DNA of 63,281 bases from Thermotogaceae bacterium (lineage in GTDB: Bacteria; Thermotogota; Thermotogae; MWEM01). Under the pieces are notes generated by a model. The model searched no databases. It was given only the letters and a program-made list of their open reading frames with translations, and was not told the DNA's origin. Shown here piece by piece: positions 28,986 through 40,300 of the stretch. Made by a program: the position numbers and the translations under genes. Position 1 is the first letter of the stretch. Every line of letters begins with the position of its first letter. Location: NCBI GenBank assembly GCA_030445775.1, contig JASUTC010000003.1:1-63281 (forward strand). The letters are read 5' to 3'.

Positions 28986-29834
28986 ATGCAAAAAGAATGT
29001 ATCGATTTTATACAAAAAACCATAGAAAAATATGATTATGACGGATGTGTCATAGGTATCAGCGGAGGTGTAGATTCTGCGGTAGTTGCTGCTCTTTGCT
29101 GTGAAGCAATTGGCAAAGAAAAAGTACTGGGGTTGTTGTTACCTGAAAGAGATTCAGCTAAAAACACCTTGAATGATTCAGTTGATCTCTGCAATCATTT
29201 GGGAATCCCTTACAAAGTAAAAAAGATCAGCAAAATCTTGAGAAAAACCGGCGCTTATGCCTTGAAACCACCGGCTTCAATCGTACCAAGAAAGATTCAG
29301 GAAAAATATGTCAAAGATAAGTGGAGAGATTTGCCAAAAGAGGACACTTTTATTGAAGACCTTGAAGACAGGGGGAATGAAGAATTTTTAAAAGGGCTTG
29401 CCTTTTATCGGATTAAACACCGAATACGCATGTGCCTGTTTTACCTTGAAGCAGAACAAAGAAATTATGCCGTTATGGGGACAACCAATAAAACAGAAAT
29501 GCTGACGGGTTTTTATGTCAAATGGGGAGACGATTCCACCGACATCGAGCCCATCATGCACCTTTATAAAACACAAGTTTATGAATTGGCAAGGGAGTTA
29601 AAGATTCCTGATTTTATTATCAGCAAACCCCCTTCTCCCGATCTGATACCAGGAATCACCGATGAATTTGCATTGAAGGTCAAATATAAGGATCTCGATC
29701 GCATTTTGATGAAGTTACAGAAGAATCGGGATTTAGATGATGAAAAACCTGAGGATGTACAACGAGTCAAACAAATTCTTAAAGCCGCAGAAAAAAGAAA
29801 GATCAGGAATTTGAATGTGTTGGGAGATGATTGA
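28986..29834 (+). CDS. nadE: NH3-dependent NAD+ synthetase
   Basis: GISGGVDS, RIRM..FY, GTTNKTE..TGF.VKWGD, LYKTQV..LA, KPPSPDL...TDE; no glutaminase domain. Confidence 0.93.
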   Translation: MQKECIDFIQKTIEKYDYDGCVIGISGGVDSAVVAALCCEAIGKEKVLGLLLPERDSAKNTLNDSVDLCNHLGIPYKVKKISKILRKTGAYALKPPASIVPRKIQEKYVKDKWRDLPKEDTFIEDLEDRGNEEFLKGLAFYRIKHRIRMCLFYLEAEQRNYAVMGTTNKTEMLTGFYVKWGDDSTDIEPIMHLYKTQVYELARELKIPDFIISKPPSPDLIPGITDEFALKVKYKDLDRILMKLQKNRDLDDEKPEDVQRVKQILKAAEKRKIRNLNVLGDD

Positions 29835-30360
29835 AATGAATTTTCTGATGCAAACGCCTATTGGGTTTTTTTCAGGTATATTTGAAAAACGGAATTTGTA
29901 TGAAATTTCATTTGTTAAGGCAAACCAGACCATAACCACACGTCAACAATCATTCATTGGAGAAGAGTCAGCGGATTTACTAATCATAGAAGACCAAATC
30001 AAACAATACATCAAAGGTGATAGAAAGGAGTTTAACTTAAACAACTATTTGAAATGGCTCTTCAACGAAGATCACCCCGGCGAAGATTCCCAACATGGCA
30101 CGCAATTTCAAAAAAAGGTATGGCAGGCTTTGTTGACAATTCCTTACGGGACTTGTTGTTCCTATTCGGACGTTGCAGAACAGATTGGTCAGCCAACTGC
30201 CGTTAGAGCCGTTGCAAATGCCATTGGGAGCAATCCACTGCTAATGATTATCCCTTGTCACAGGGTGATCAGAAAAAATGGGGCGTTGGGTGGATTCTCA
30301 GCGGGGTTGGGGTTAAAAAAACGCCTTTTAGAATTGGAAAGGACATATCATTCATCTTGA
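29827..30360 (+). CDS. ogt: Methylated-DNA-[protein]-cysteine S-methyltransferase
   Basis: FQKKVW..L..IPYG, AVRAVANA...NP..IPCHRVI, K..LL.LE. Confidence 0.93.
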   Translation: MIEMNFLMQTPIGFFSGIFEKRNLYEISFVKANQTITTRQQSFIGEESADLLIIEDQIKQYIKGDRKEFNLNNYLKWLFNEDHPGEDSQHGTQFQKKVWQALLTIPYGTCCSYSDVAEQIGQPTAVRAVANAIGSNPLLMIIPCHRVIRKNGALGGFSAGLGLKKRLLELERTYHSS

Positions 30361-30505
30361 GGAATAGTCTTCTTCTTTTTTCATCCTTGCTTTAATTGTG
30401 TCTGTGAATTTCAAGTCATCTGAAGGCACACGGCTATCCAACAGGTTTGAAAGAATTACTCCCTTGAAGATATTTATCCTCCATATACCAACTTCTTCAT
30501 TTTCA

Positions 30506-30522
30506 TGTATAATTAATATACA
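30506..30522 (+). promoter_or_regulatory. Palindrome TGTATA-N5-TATACA overlapping a TATAAT -10
   Basis: Perfect 6-bp arms ending 23 nt upstream of the MBL hydrolase start; TATAAT at 30508-30513. Confidence 0.45.
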
Positions 30523-30545
30523 ACAGAACAGGTGGAGGGGATAGG

Positions 30546-31223
30546 ATGAACATCATTCCAATTAAACTAAGCATGACGAAAGCAATCCTGATCAAAGATC
30601 AAAAGAACCTTCTGGTGGATACCGGTAATCCAAAGGATTATGCAACATTATGGCATTTCTTGGATGCCAACTTGGAAGACGGAGAACCGTTAGATTATAT
30701 ATTGATTACACATGCTCATTTAGATCATTATGGTTGTGCTGCAGCCTTACACGACAAGACAGGGGCTAAGGTCATCATTCACGAAAGAGATTATGAAACT
30801 ATGAAACTTGGTTATAATTCTCCTATCGTTCCTTTTAGCTTTACGGGTAAACTTCTGTCACCATTTATAAAAAAAGACCCTAAAAAAATCGTGGCAAATC
30901 CTGTCGAAGCTGATATTGTGATCAAAGACGAAGAAACCGATTTACAACCATTCGGAATTGCCGGAAAAGTCGTTGCCACACCTGGTCATACTCCCGGATC
31001 AATTTCTCTGTTTTTAGACGATCAAACAGCCATCGTGGGAGATCTGATGATGAGCTTTTTTATACCTGAAAAGCCTGAGAAACCTCTATTTGCATATAAT
31101 GTAGACGAGTGGAAAAATAGTTTAAAAAAAGTTCTTGAATTTGAACCGAAAAAAATTATCATCACTCATGGAAATTTCTACACTTATAATGATTTTAAAA
31201 GCTTTTGCAAAAAAGTCTTTTAA
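30546..31223 (+). CDS. MBL-fold metallo-hydrolase
   Basis: LVDTG, THAHLDHYG, TPGHTPGS, VGD, THG. Confidence 0.92.
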   Translation: MNIIPIKLSMTKAILIKDQKNLLVDTGNPKDYATLWHFLDANLEDGEPLDYILITHAHLDHYGCAAALHDKTGAKVIIHERDYETMKLGYNSPIVPFSFTGKLLSPFIKKDPKKIVANPVEADIVIKDEETDLQPFGIAGKVVATPGHTPGSISLFLDDQTAIVGDLMMSFFIPEKPEKPLFAYNVDEWKNSLKKVLEFEPKKIIITHGNFYTYNDFKSFCKKVF

Positions 31224-31298
31224 AAAAAATTGAAATAATGGCATCTATTGAATTTGTTTTTCTGATGCACTTTATTATATTTGGAAGTAGGCGATTTG

Positions 31299-34022
31299 AT
31301 GGATAAACAACAATGGCATACTTATTCAATTGAAGAAACAGCTGAAAAATTGGATACTGATTTAAAATCCGGCATTCAAGAATCTGTTGTTCAACAAAGG
31401 CTTGAAGAATACGGAAAAAACGAATTGGAGGAAAAAAAGGGACGAAACCCAATAAAAATATTCCTCATGCAGTTTACCTCAACCATTGTTATCGTATTAC
31501 TTGTCGCAGCAGTTATAACCGGAATCATTGGTGAATTAAGGGATACAATTGTCATCTCCATCATTCTTATAATCAACGCTTTAATTGGCTTTTCTCAGGA
31601 ATATCGTGCTGAAAAGGCTATGAGTACCTTAAAGAAGCTGTCCATTCCCAAAGTACGTGTAAAAAGATCTGGTACTGAAAAGGTCATCTCATCAACCGAA
31701 ATAGTTCCCGGTGATATTGTTTTTCTTGAAGCCGGCAATTACGTACCTGCAGATATGAGATTGATTGATACCCATAATCTGAAGATTCAGGAATCAGCGC
31801 TTACAGGAGAATCACAACCGGTAGAAAAAGATGCTGATGAAATCTTTGAAAAAGACGCTGATTTAGCCGTGAGAAAAAACATGGCCTACTCGGGAACCGT
31901 TGTCAGTTATGGTAGAGCAGTTGGAATCGTAGTAAGAACAGGTATGAAAACGGAAATCGGAAAGATTGCCGCTATGCTTCAGGAGGATGAAGAAGGCCAG
32001 ACTCCCATGCAAAAAAGGCTTGATAAGCTGGGCAGGATTCTTGCCTTTGCCTCTTTGGTAATCGTTGTCGTCATCTTTTTGATGGGTGTTCTCCGCGGAG
32101 AAGACTTAAAAGTCATGTTCATGACAGCCGTTTCGTTTGCCGTCGCTGCCGTTCCGGAAGGACTTCCGACGGTTGTTACGATTGCATTGGCTCTGGGAGC
32201 CAGACGCATGCTCTCAAGAAATGCCTTGGTGAGACGTTTGATGGCAGTTGAAACGTTGGGATCGGTCAACGTCATCTGCTCAGATAAAACGGGAACCATC
32301 ACAGAAAACCGAATGAGAGTCACTGTCTTGGAATTGGCCGGCAATCGGTTGGATTTTGGAAAAGAAGATGCCGATGACCCTGATTCTCTTCCCGATGATG
32401 ATCAAAGTGCGCTGAGCCTGATGCTTCTTGGGGGGAGTATGTGTAATGATGCTCGCTTGGAACCTTCAAAGAAAAGGAAGGGTGATTTCGATGTGATTGG
32501 TGATCCCACAGAAGGGGCCTTGGTATATGTTGCCAAAAAAGTTGACATGGGAAAAGATGAATATACCGAAATCTTCCCAAGAATCAATGAAATCCCATTC
32601 GAATCGGAAAGAAAGATGATGTCAACTGTTCACGATATTTTGTTTGAACAATTGGATAAAAAAAACACAAGGATTCACAAATATCTCAAACTCTTGGATA
32701 TTGATCACAATGTGGCTTTTACAAAAGGGGCAGTTGACCAACTCATTAAAAATTGCAATCACGTTTTGGATGGTGACGAAATTTTTGAATTGGACGATCA
32801 ATGGAAAAAAAAGATTATGGAAGAACACGACAAACTGGCCAAAAACGGTATGAGAGTCTTGGGGATCGCTTATAAGAATGTTGATTATGAAATTGATGAG
32901 GATTATGAATATAAAGAAAGCGACATGACCTTCATCGGGATGTTCGGCATGATGGATCCCGAAAGAGAAGGCGTAAAAGAAGCCATTGCAACAGCAAAAG
33001 ATGCCGGTATCAGGTCGATCATGATAACGGGAGACCATCCCCTAACAGCCGGTTACATCGCTCAAAAACTGAATATGATTGAAAACAGAGAAGAGGTCAT
33101 CCTGGGAAGAGAATTGGAAGGAAGATCCGATGATGAAATAGACCAAATTGTCAAACAAAAGTCCGTGTATGCAAGGGTCACACCTGAAAATAAAGTCACC
33201 ATCGTTAAGAGTCTACAAAGACAGGGTAAAACGGTATCCATGACAGGAGATGGAGTTAATGATGCCCCCGCACTCAAACGAGCTGATATTGGTCTTGCCA
33301 TGGGTATTACGGGAACGGATGTGTCAAAAGAAGTATCCGATATGGTTTTGCTGGATGATAATTTCTCAACGATTGTTGCCGCTGTAAAAGAAGGCAGAAC
33401 CATTTATGATAACATCCAAAAATTTATTCAATATATACTCGCTTCCAATATGGCTGAGATATGGATCATGCTTTTAGGACCTTTTCTTGGCATACCTTTA
33501 CCGTTATTACCACTTCAAATCCTTTGGGTCAATTTGATCAGTGACGGTCTTCCTGCACTGTCTTTATCAGTAGAACCGGCTGAAAAGAATATCATGAAGC
33601 GGAAACCCAATCCCATCAACGGCAATATCATTGGAACGAAGTGGATTTATTTGATTTTAACCGGTTTAATCATTGCCATTTTTACACTGATCCCCAGTTT
33701 ATCTTTCAAGAACTCGGTGATGGAAGAAGGAACATGGAGAACCGTTCTCTTTAGTATCTTAGTGTTTTCTCAGTTGTTTTTCACCTTTTGCATCAGAAGT
33801 CACAAATCTGTTTTCAAACACGGCTCCGGAAATAATCCTTATTTGTATGGGGCAGTGGGGATTAGTTTTCTCCTACAACTTGTTGTGATTTACGTGCCTT
33901 TTTTCCAAGATATCTTTGGAACAACAGCTTTAAAATTTTCTGAACTAATGATCTCCTTGCTGTTTTCCAGCCTTATTCTGTGGCTCTTTGAAATCATCAA
34001 GCTCTTCAATAAAGATTTATGA
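31299..34022 (+). CDS. Cation-transporting P-type ATPase (P2A, Ca2+/SERCA-like)
   Basis: TGES, VPEGL, DKTGT, KGA, TGD, GDGVNDAPAL, WVNL.SDG.P; probable ATG at 31299. Confidence 0.95.
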   Translation: MDKQQWHTYSIEETAEKLDTDLKSGIQESVVQQRLEEYGKNELEEKKGRNPIKIFLMQFTSTIVIVLLVAAVITGIIGELRDTIVISIILIINALIGFSQEYRAEKAMSTLKKLSIPKVRVKRSGTEKVISSTEIVPGDIVFLEAGNYVPADMRLIDTHNLKIQESALTGESQPVEKDADEIFEKDADLAVRKNMAYSGTVVSYGRAVGIVVRTGMKTEIGKIAAMLQEDEEGQTPMQKRLDKLGRILAFASLVIVVVIFLMGVLRGEDLKVMFMTAVSFAVAAVPEGLPTVVTIALALGARRMLSRNALVRRLMAVETLGSVNVICSDKTGTITENRMRVTVLELAGNRLDFGKEDADDPDSLPDDDQSALSLMLLGGSMCNDARLEPSKKRKGDFDVIGDPTEGALVYVAKKVDMGKDEYTEIFPRINEIPFESERKMMSTVHDILFEQLDKKNTRIHKYLKLLDIDHNVAFTKGAVDQLIKNCNHVLDGDEIFELDDQWKKKIMEEHDKLAKNGMRVLGIAYKNVDYEIDEDYEYKESDMTFIGMFGMMDPEREGVKEAIATAKDAGIRSIMITGDHPLTAGYIAQKLNMIENREEVILGRELEGRSDDEIDQIVKQKSVYARVTPENKVTIVKSLQRQGKTVSMTGDGVNDAPALKRADIGLAMGITGTDVSKEVSDMVLLDDNFSTIVAAVKEGRTIYDNIQKFIQYILASNMAEIWIMLLGPFLGIPLPLLPLQILWVNLISDGLPALSLSVEPAEKNIMKRKPNPINGNIIGTKWIYLILTGLIIAIFTLIPSLSFKNSVMEEGTWRTVLFSILVFSQLFFTFCIRSHKSVFKHGSGNNPYLYGAVGISFLLQLVVIYVPFFQDIFGTTALKFSELMISLLFSSLILWLFEIIKLFNKDL

Positions 34023-34930
34023 TCAAAAAACTTAATTCACTTTTCGTTCTCTTGGCAGGTATTGTTTTGTTATCGTCTGCAGGACCTGTAATCAAACTGT
34101 GTGGAGAAGATCCCATTAAAATCGCTTTTTACAGACTTTTTTTTGGATTTCTGTTTTTTTTGTTTTTTTACCTTAAGGATCGGCATAAGAGGGAAAATGT
34201 TGTTTTACTTAATAGAACGGATTTGCTTGTACTGCTAATTTCCGGAATCTCACTGGGACTGCATTTTTTCCTGTGGATTAGGGCATTTACATACACCACT
34301 GTGGCAGGGGGTGTGATCCCCATCCTGATTCAGCCTGTACTGGTCAGTTTTTTGAGCATCCTCTTTTACAAGGAAGCCATGTCAAAGATCATGTTGATCC
34401 CCCTTGCCATCACATCGATTGGAATTGTAATCATGGGAATCGGAGATTTTAACACCAGTACGCATCTGGGAGTTGGAGATCTTTACTCCTCCCTGGGAAT
34501 CGTGATGATCTGTTTCTATTTAGTAGGCGTAAAACGACTGATTGTGAAAATAAGTCCTATTCTTCTAAACATCTTTCTTTATATTATTGCAATGTGCGTG
34601 TTGCTCATTCCAATCCTTATAAACAACAAAGGATTTTTGATTGGAACCACACGAGACTTTCTGTATATCCTTTGGCTGGGAGGCGCCTGTTCCTTCTTGG
34701 GCTATTTGGCAGTCAACCTCTCATTAATCAGATTCAAGGCACCGGAGGTATCCTTTGCCATTGTCGGAGAGCCTATACTAAGCATCATTTGGGCATGGTT
34801 GTTCTTGGGAGAAATCATGAGCCAAAATCAACTCATCGGCTTTATCTTTGGGCTGATTGGCTTTATCATCTTCATCCTTGTTTTACGACATAAATATCAA
34901 CAGAATAACTTTAAAAGAGTTGTTCAATAA
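34019..34930 (+). CDS. DMT/EamA family transporter
   Basis: About 10 hydrophobic helices in two repeats; IAFYRL, HFFLW..A..YTTVA, GEP. Confidence 0.88.
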   Translation: MIKKLNSLFVLLAGIVLLSSAGPVIKLCGEDPIKIAFYRLFFGFLFFLFFYLKDRHKRENVVLLNRTDLLVLLISGISLGLHFFLWIRAFTYTTVAGGVIPILIQPVLVSFLSILFYKEAMSKIMLIPLAITSIGIVIMGIGDFNTSTHLGVGDLYSSLGIVMICFYLVGVKRLIVKISPILLNIFLYIIAMCVLLIPILINNKGFLIGTTRDFLYILWLGGACSFLGYLAVNLSLIRFKAPEVSFAIVGEPILSIIWAWLFLGEIMSQNQLIGFIFGLIGFIIFILVLRHKYQQNNFKRVVQ

Positions 34931-34944
34931 AACAAAATTCCCCC

Positions 34945-34968
34945 GGACCAACCCACAACACTTGGTCC
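34945..34968. terminator. Possible hairpin between convergent EamA and nagA genes
   Basis: GGACCAA-N10-TTGGTCC; U-tract is weak. Confidence 0.35.
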
Positions 34969-36080
34969 TAATTATTTCTTTGATAGACAATTTGTCCATT
35001 TTTTACCGTTTTTACAACCTTCATTTTTCGATCCAAAACCACAAAGTCCGCCTTTTTCCCCACATCAATCATTCCCGAATCAAGGGATGAACTAATCGAG
35101 GGATTTTTCGTCAGACACTTTAAGATATTTCTCAGGGGTAAAGACAGGTGCTTATACACATTTGAAAGAGCTTCGTCAAGTTTCAGAACCGACCCCGCCA
35201 ATGTGCCATCTTCCAATCTGGCTGAATGTTCGTCTACATTCACTTCAAGGCCACCCAGGGTGTATTTCCCCGGTTCAAGTCCGGTGGCTTCCATTGCATC
35301 TGAAATAAAGATGATCTTTTCAGGATCTTTGGCTTTAAAAACCAGTTGAATGGTCTCTTTTGAAAGGTGAATCATATCGCAAATGATTTCTACATAGGCA
35401 TCCGATAGCAATCCCGCTCCTGAAGCTCCCAGGTCTCTGTGATGAACGGGTGTCATGGCATTAAACAAGTGAGTGAATCGAGTAGCACCGGATTGAATAG
35501 CTTCCATGGATTGTTTGTAGTCGGCACAGGTATGTCCAATAGAAACGGTTATTCCTTCAGAAGTAAGGGTTTGGATCACTTCCCTTCCAACAATCTCCGG
35601 AGCCAAGGTGATCACCTTTATGAGATCTTTGTTTTCTAAGATAAAGTCAATTTCTTTTTCATCGGGAGATTTAATGTACTCTGGATTTTGAGCTCCTTTC
35701 TTCTTCAAATTCACAAATGGTCCTTCCAAATGAATCCCGACAATGGAGCTATTCGGTTGTTTTTCTCTATACTCACGAATCAACGCCACTGTTTGTTTTA
35801 TTTTCTCGAACGGAAGTGACAAGGTAGTAGCCAGAACAGTGGTAACACCTCTGGTATAAAGAAATTCCTCCATTCGTTTTAAACCTTTCAAATCGGTGTT
35901 TGAAAAATCCTCACCCATACATCCGTGGTTATGGGAATCTACAAAACCGGGAACCAAAAAATCGTTATTTTCCGAACTTATATTGTTCGTATGAATTTGC
36001 TGGAAAGATTCTTCATATACAACACGGCTATTGGGTATGAAAACATCAGGTGTATAAATATCTACATGATCAATTTTCAT
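34968..36080 (-). CDS. nagA: N-acetylglucosamine-6-phosphate deacetylase
   Basis: PGFVDSHNHG, GIHLEGPF, LAPE, GHT, THLFNAM, D.IH, SDAM, LAGS. Confidence 0.95.
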   Translation of the reverse strand: MKIDHVDIYTPDVFIPNSRVVYEESFQQIHTNNISSENNDFLVPGFVDSHNHGCMGEDFSNTDLKGLKRMEEFLYTRGVTTVLATTLSLPFEKIKQTVALIREYREKQPNSSIVGIHLEGPFVNLKKKGAQNPEYIKSPDEKEIDFILENKDLIKVITLAPEIVGREVIQTLTSEGITVSIGHTCADYKQSMEAIQSGATRFTHLFNAMTPVHHRDLGASGAGLLSDAYVEIICDMIHLSKETIQLVFKAKDPEKIIFISDAMEATGLEPGKYTLGGLEVNVDEHSARLEDGTLAGSVLKLDEALSNVYKHLSLPLRNILKCLTKNPSISSSLDSGMIDVGKKADFVVLDRKMKVVKTVKNGQIVYQRNN

Positions 36081-36116
36081 TTGTTATCACCTCATCAATA
36101 AAGTAATAACATTATA

Positions 36117-37193
36117 TCATACTTTCTTCTTTTTTGGGATTTTCATCGCGAAAGGAGCCCCGATAAAAATATTCATATAATAAGACATAATGCGCCATAA
36201 GATTACCGCACCTGCTATATTTGATGGTGCGAAGAAGTTCTTGAAGAACAGGTAAAAGCCCCCTTCTGCCGCTCCCCCTGCTCCGGGAACAGGCACGAAG
36301 GAAATGATTAAAAACAAGATACCCTGAAATGAAAAGATCTCAGAAAAGGGGACCGTAGGTGGTTCCAACATCCTGTATATGCAATAGGGAATTGAAAAAT
36401 AAAAGAATATCTGTATAGAGGTAAAAAGAAATGCAATGAACAATTTGAAAGGTGCTTTCCCTAAATTTTTCATGGCACTGTGAAATTCACCGATTTTTGT
36501 GATCCATTGCTCTTCGCTTTTTTTCATCTTTTTTCCAAATTTAAACGGGGATACAAGAAAAAGAATCAGATCAAAAATCTTTCTTGTCAATAATGGGCTG
36601 AAAGAAAAGATCAACAAAAAAAAGATTACCGCTGAATTGATCAAGAAACCAAATACAGCTAATATGGAAATGGAAGGCAATGAATTTATCTTATCAAAAA
36701 AAACAAACATAATAAACACCCCCAGGATGGTAATGGTTGTTTGATAAATCAAAAATCGGGATATTAAAACGGCTGTTGCCTTGGATACATCAATGCCAAG
36801 CCTGTATAACCGTAGAATCTGCATGGGTTGTCCACCGGATGCAAAAGGTGTGACAGAATTGTAGAATTGTCCTACCATATTTGTCTCAATCGCTTTCCAC
36901 AACGATAATTTAACACCTGAGATCTTAGCTGTAGTATAAATGGTTAACGATTCGGATAGCCAAAAAATCAAAAGACATATTCCCGATATGGCAAACCAAA
37001 CTAAATCAATACTTTTAAAAACTGCAATGTTTTCTTGAAAATCGCCAATAAAGAAAAAACCAATAACAACGATCAATCCAAGTATGACAGACACCATCAA
37101 CCATTTAAATGAAACCGACTTTTTTTCTTCCGAAGAAAGATCGTTTTCTTTGCTATCTATTATTACAGTAGTTTCGTTTTCCTTAGTTTCCAA
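36117..37193 (-). CDS. Lysylphosphatidylglycerol synthase TM domain (UPF0104, flippase-like) protein
   Basis: GQFYNSVTPFASGGQP, PVPGAGGAAEGGF, LWR..SYY; multiple TMs. Confidence 0.88.
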   Translation of the reverse strand: METKENETTVIIDSKENDLSSEEKKSVSFKWLMVSVILGLIVVIGFFFIGDFQENIAVFKSIDLVWFAISGICLLIFWLSESLTIYTTAKISGVKLSLWKAIETNMVGQFYNSVTPFASGGQPMQILRLYRLGIDVSKATAVLISRFLIYQTTITILGVFIMFVFFDKINSLPSISILAVFGFLINSAVIFFLLIFSFSPLLTRKIFDLILFLVSPFKFGKKMKKSEEQWITKIGEFHSAMKNLGKAPFKLFIAFLFTSIQIFFYFSIPYCIYRMLEPPTVPFSEIFSFQGILFLIISFVPVPGAGGAAEGGFYLFFKNFFAPSNIAGAVILWRIMSYYMNIFIGAPFAMKIPKKKKV

Positions 37194-37340
37194 AATCTTC
37201 CCCCTAAATACTTCATTCGATAGATATTATATCAGAAAGCTTTGAACTTCTACATCAACTGAAGAAGTAATTCAAAAATCAATTATTTTTACCTTATTAT
37301 TAAAATAAAGGTTAACAAAAGATATGCAATTCCCCCTTTA

Positions 37341-37349
37341 TGGTATAAT
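37341..37349 (+). promoter_or_regulatory. Extended -10 (TGGTATAAT) for the recJ operon
   Basis: Located 32 nt before the likely ATG at 37382; divergent TGATATAAT on the minus strand at 37226-37234. Confidence 0.55.
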
Positions 37350-37381
37350 CAATGAAAATAAATAAAAAGGAGTCAAGGAGG

Positions 37382-40300
37382 ATGAAATGCGAGTGGATTA
37401 TCCAAGAGCCGGATAAAGAAGAAGTACAACGACTGGTTCAAAAATACGATATCCCGGAGCTTCTTGCTACCATATTTGTGAATAACAAATTAGAGCAACG
37501 GACAAGTGTAACGAAATATCTGAATTTGGAAGAAGAAAAATTCCATGACCCTTTTTTGCTGAAAGGCATGGAAGCATTTGTGGAAACTTTGATGAAGATC
37601 AAAAAAAAGAATGAGACAATTGCCATTTACGGTGATTATGATGTAGATGGTGTGACGTCTACCGCTTTAGTCTATTCAGTTTTGAAAGAATTAGGATGGA
37701 ATGTCATTTATTATATTCCTACCCGTTTGGAGGAGGGTTATGGATTAAGTAAAACAGCTATCATGGAACTGTTTAACAGAAACATTAAAAACATACTTAC
37801 AGTTGACTGCGGGATAACCTCAGTCGAAGAAGTAAAATACGCTAATTTCTTGCAATTCAGAATTATCATTACAGACCATCACGAAGTCCAGGATGAATTA
37901 CCTGAGGCTTGTGCAGTCGTGAATCCGAAGCGTACAGACGATACCTATCCATTTAAGGGTTTGGCAGGTGTGGGTGTTGCTTTTAAATGTATGGACGCCT
38001 TGGTCGAAAGATTGGGGAGACCTATTGACATTGAAAAATACTTGGATTTGGTGGCCTTGGGAACGGTTGCAGATATAGTTCCAATGATTGGTGAAAACAG
38101 AATGATCGTACAAAAGGGAATCAAAAGCCTTGCTGAAACCAAACACATTGGTTTAAGAAGGTTGATGAAAATATCCGGTATTGATACCGACCATTTGCAA
38201 ACACACGACATTGGTTTTAAAATAGCCCCTAAATTAAATGCTGTTGGCAGGCTTGGAAGCGCAGAAACGGCTTTAAAACTGCTTTTAACCGAAGATGAAA
38301 CAGAGGCTCGTGAGCTTTCCAGCTTCTTAATGGAACAAAACAGCAAAAGACAGTATATTGAAAACCAAATTTACACTGAAGCGATGAATATGATACACAA
38401 AAATCCCATTATTGCTGATTCTCCCGTGTTGGTATTAGCAAAAAAAGACTGGCATCCGGGGGTTATTGGAATTGTCTCGTCGCGATTAACGGCGAAATTT
38501 TACAAGCCTACATTAATGATTTCCATTGACGAAAATGGAGTTGGTAGAGGCTCTGCTCGGAGTATTGATCAAGTGAATATAATGGAACTCTTTTCCCATG
38601 TCTCATCTTACTTTGAGGAATTTGGTGGACATCCTATGGCCGCAGGGTTTACCATTGAAAAATCAAACATTGAACGTTTGCGAGAAGATCTGTCCTTTAG
38701 ATTTTATAAATTATACGGGAGCGATTCATTTACATCAAAGATTTATATCGATGCTCAATTGGATATCAGCGAGATCACCGATGAGCTATTGGATAAATTG
38801 GAATTGTTAAGACCATACGGACAATCTAATCATGAACCTGTCTTTTTGATGAAGAATTTATCTGTGGATAAACTCAAGCTTATGGGTTCAAGAAATCAGC
38901 ATATACGGATGATTCTGAAACAAGGGAAGTATTTTATCGACTCTATCGGTTTTAACTTGGCATCGAAAATCGATGAATTCAGATATATTCGCCCAAATTT
39001 ACTCAAATGTGATCTGGTAGGGAATATTAAAACGATTTGGCATTATAAAACCAAACATGTTCAAATCTTTATCAAAGATATTAAATACTTTATTGATCCT
39101 ACCTTTAAAAACGAAGAAACGGATAGGAATTTTGTGTTTGACCTCATCAACAATTGGGAGAGCCAAAATAACACCCATAAGGAACAGGATGTTAACCAGT
39201 TGACCAGAGAATTAAATCACAAACTTCAGACCAAATACCCGGCCTTCTTAAAGGTATTGGATAACAAAATGGGCATAACGGGTTTATTCTCATCATTAAA
39301 GGCGCAGGAATTAATGCTATTTTCAAAAATGATTCAAGCAGAGCAGAAAAAGCAAAGATTGTTGATTGTCTTACCTTCAAATATGTTCCTCTCGTCACGT
39401 TTAAAAACCATTGGCAGATTTGACGCTTTATCCACACAAGTCCTTGTGAATCCTGCTCAAAAATTCCAAGAAACCACATTATTTACCACAGTCCCCTTCC
39501 TCTTAAAACACTTTGATCAGTTCAAAAATATTAAGCAATTTGTCTTTTTGGATTTGGAATATCTTCTTCCGGAAGAAAATAAAACTAAAGGGTTGTTGAA
39601 GCGATTAAGTGATGACATTTCAGAAATGACTGATACCAATATTTTGGTATTATCGGGCATTCTCTCCGATAACGAAAAAAATCAAATGAAAGCATTCTTT
39701 AAATTCGATAAAATCCTGATTGAGCATTTAAAAAAACACAAAAAGGGATTGGTTGACAGAAGGGACCATCCGGAACCGATTAAATACATTCAACAACTTG
39801 TTCAAAACAGCAACTTTACTGCTGTTTTTGTTAATTCAGTAGATAAAACGGTTCACCTCACCCGGATACTGGGAAACATACTCTCTGACAGTTTTCACAA
39901 TGGGGAAGTTGTTTTTTACAACTCATCTCTGAAGCCATTTCAACGCTCCAAGATAGAAGAGCTTATTTCGGTTTCAAAGGTGAAACTATTCATCACAACA
40001 TATGAAATCGGTGGCTCCATGCAATTCCCCAAAGAATCAAATATTTGTCTGTTAGATCCTCCGATGAATCCTATTGACATTTTAACCATTTCAAATCTTG
40101 TGGAAAAAAAGGGGTCCACGTCAATTTTCCATCTACTTTATAACAAATCTGATACAAAAGAACATATAAAAAAGCAGTTTGACTTTCTACCGGATAAAGA
40201 TGATATAATATCATTGATTGAGATTGGTTGTTCCAATGGTTTAAAAGCGCTGGAAAACCTAAAAGCTAATGGTTTTAAAAAATTCTCTTTAAATGAAAAA

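Noticed and set aside
30352-30551. Stop-free minus-strand frame of about 65 codons between ogt and the MBL gene (…GIWRINIFKGVILSNLLDSRVP…)
   Set aside because: No convincing start/RBS and no recognisable similarity; likely chance, although a gene remnant cannot be fully excluded.
31224-31298. yybP-ykoY (Mn2+) riboswitch upstream of the P-type ATPase
   Set aside because: The intergenic region is only about 75 nt and lacks the GGGGAGUA-type core.
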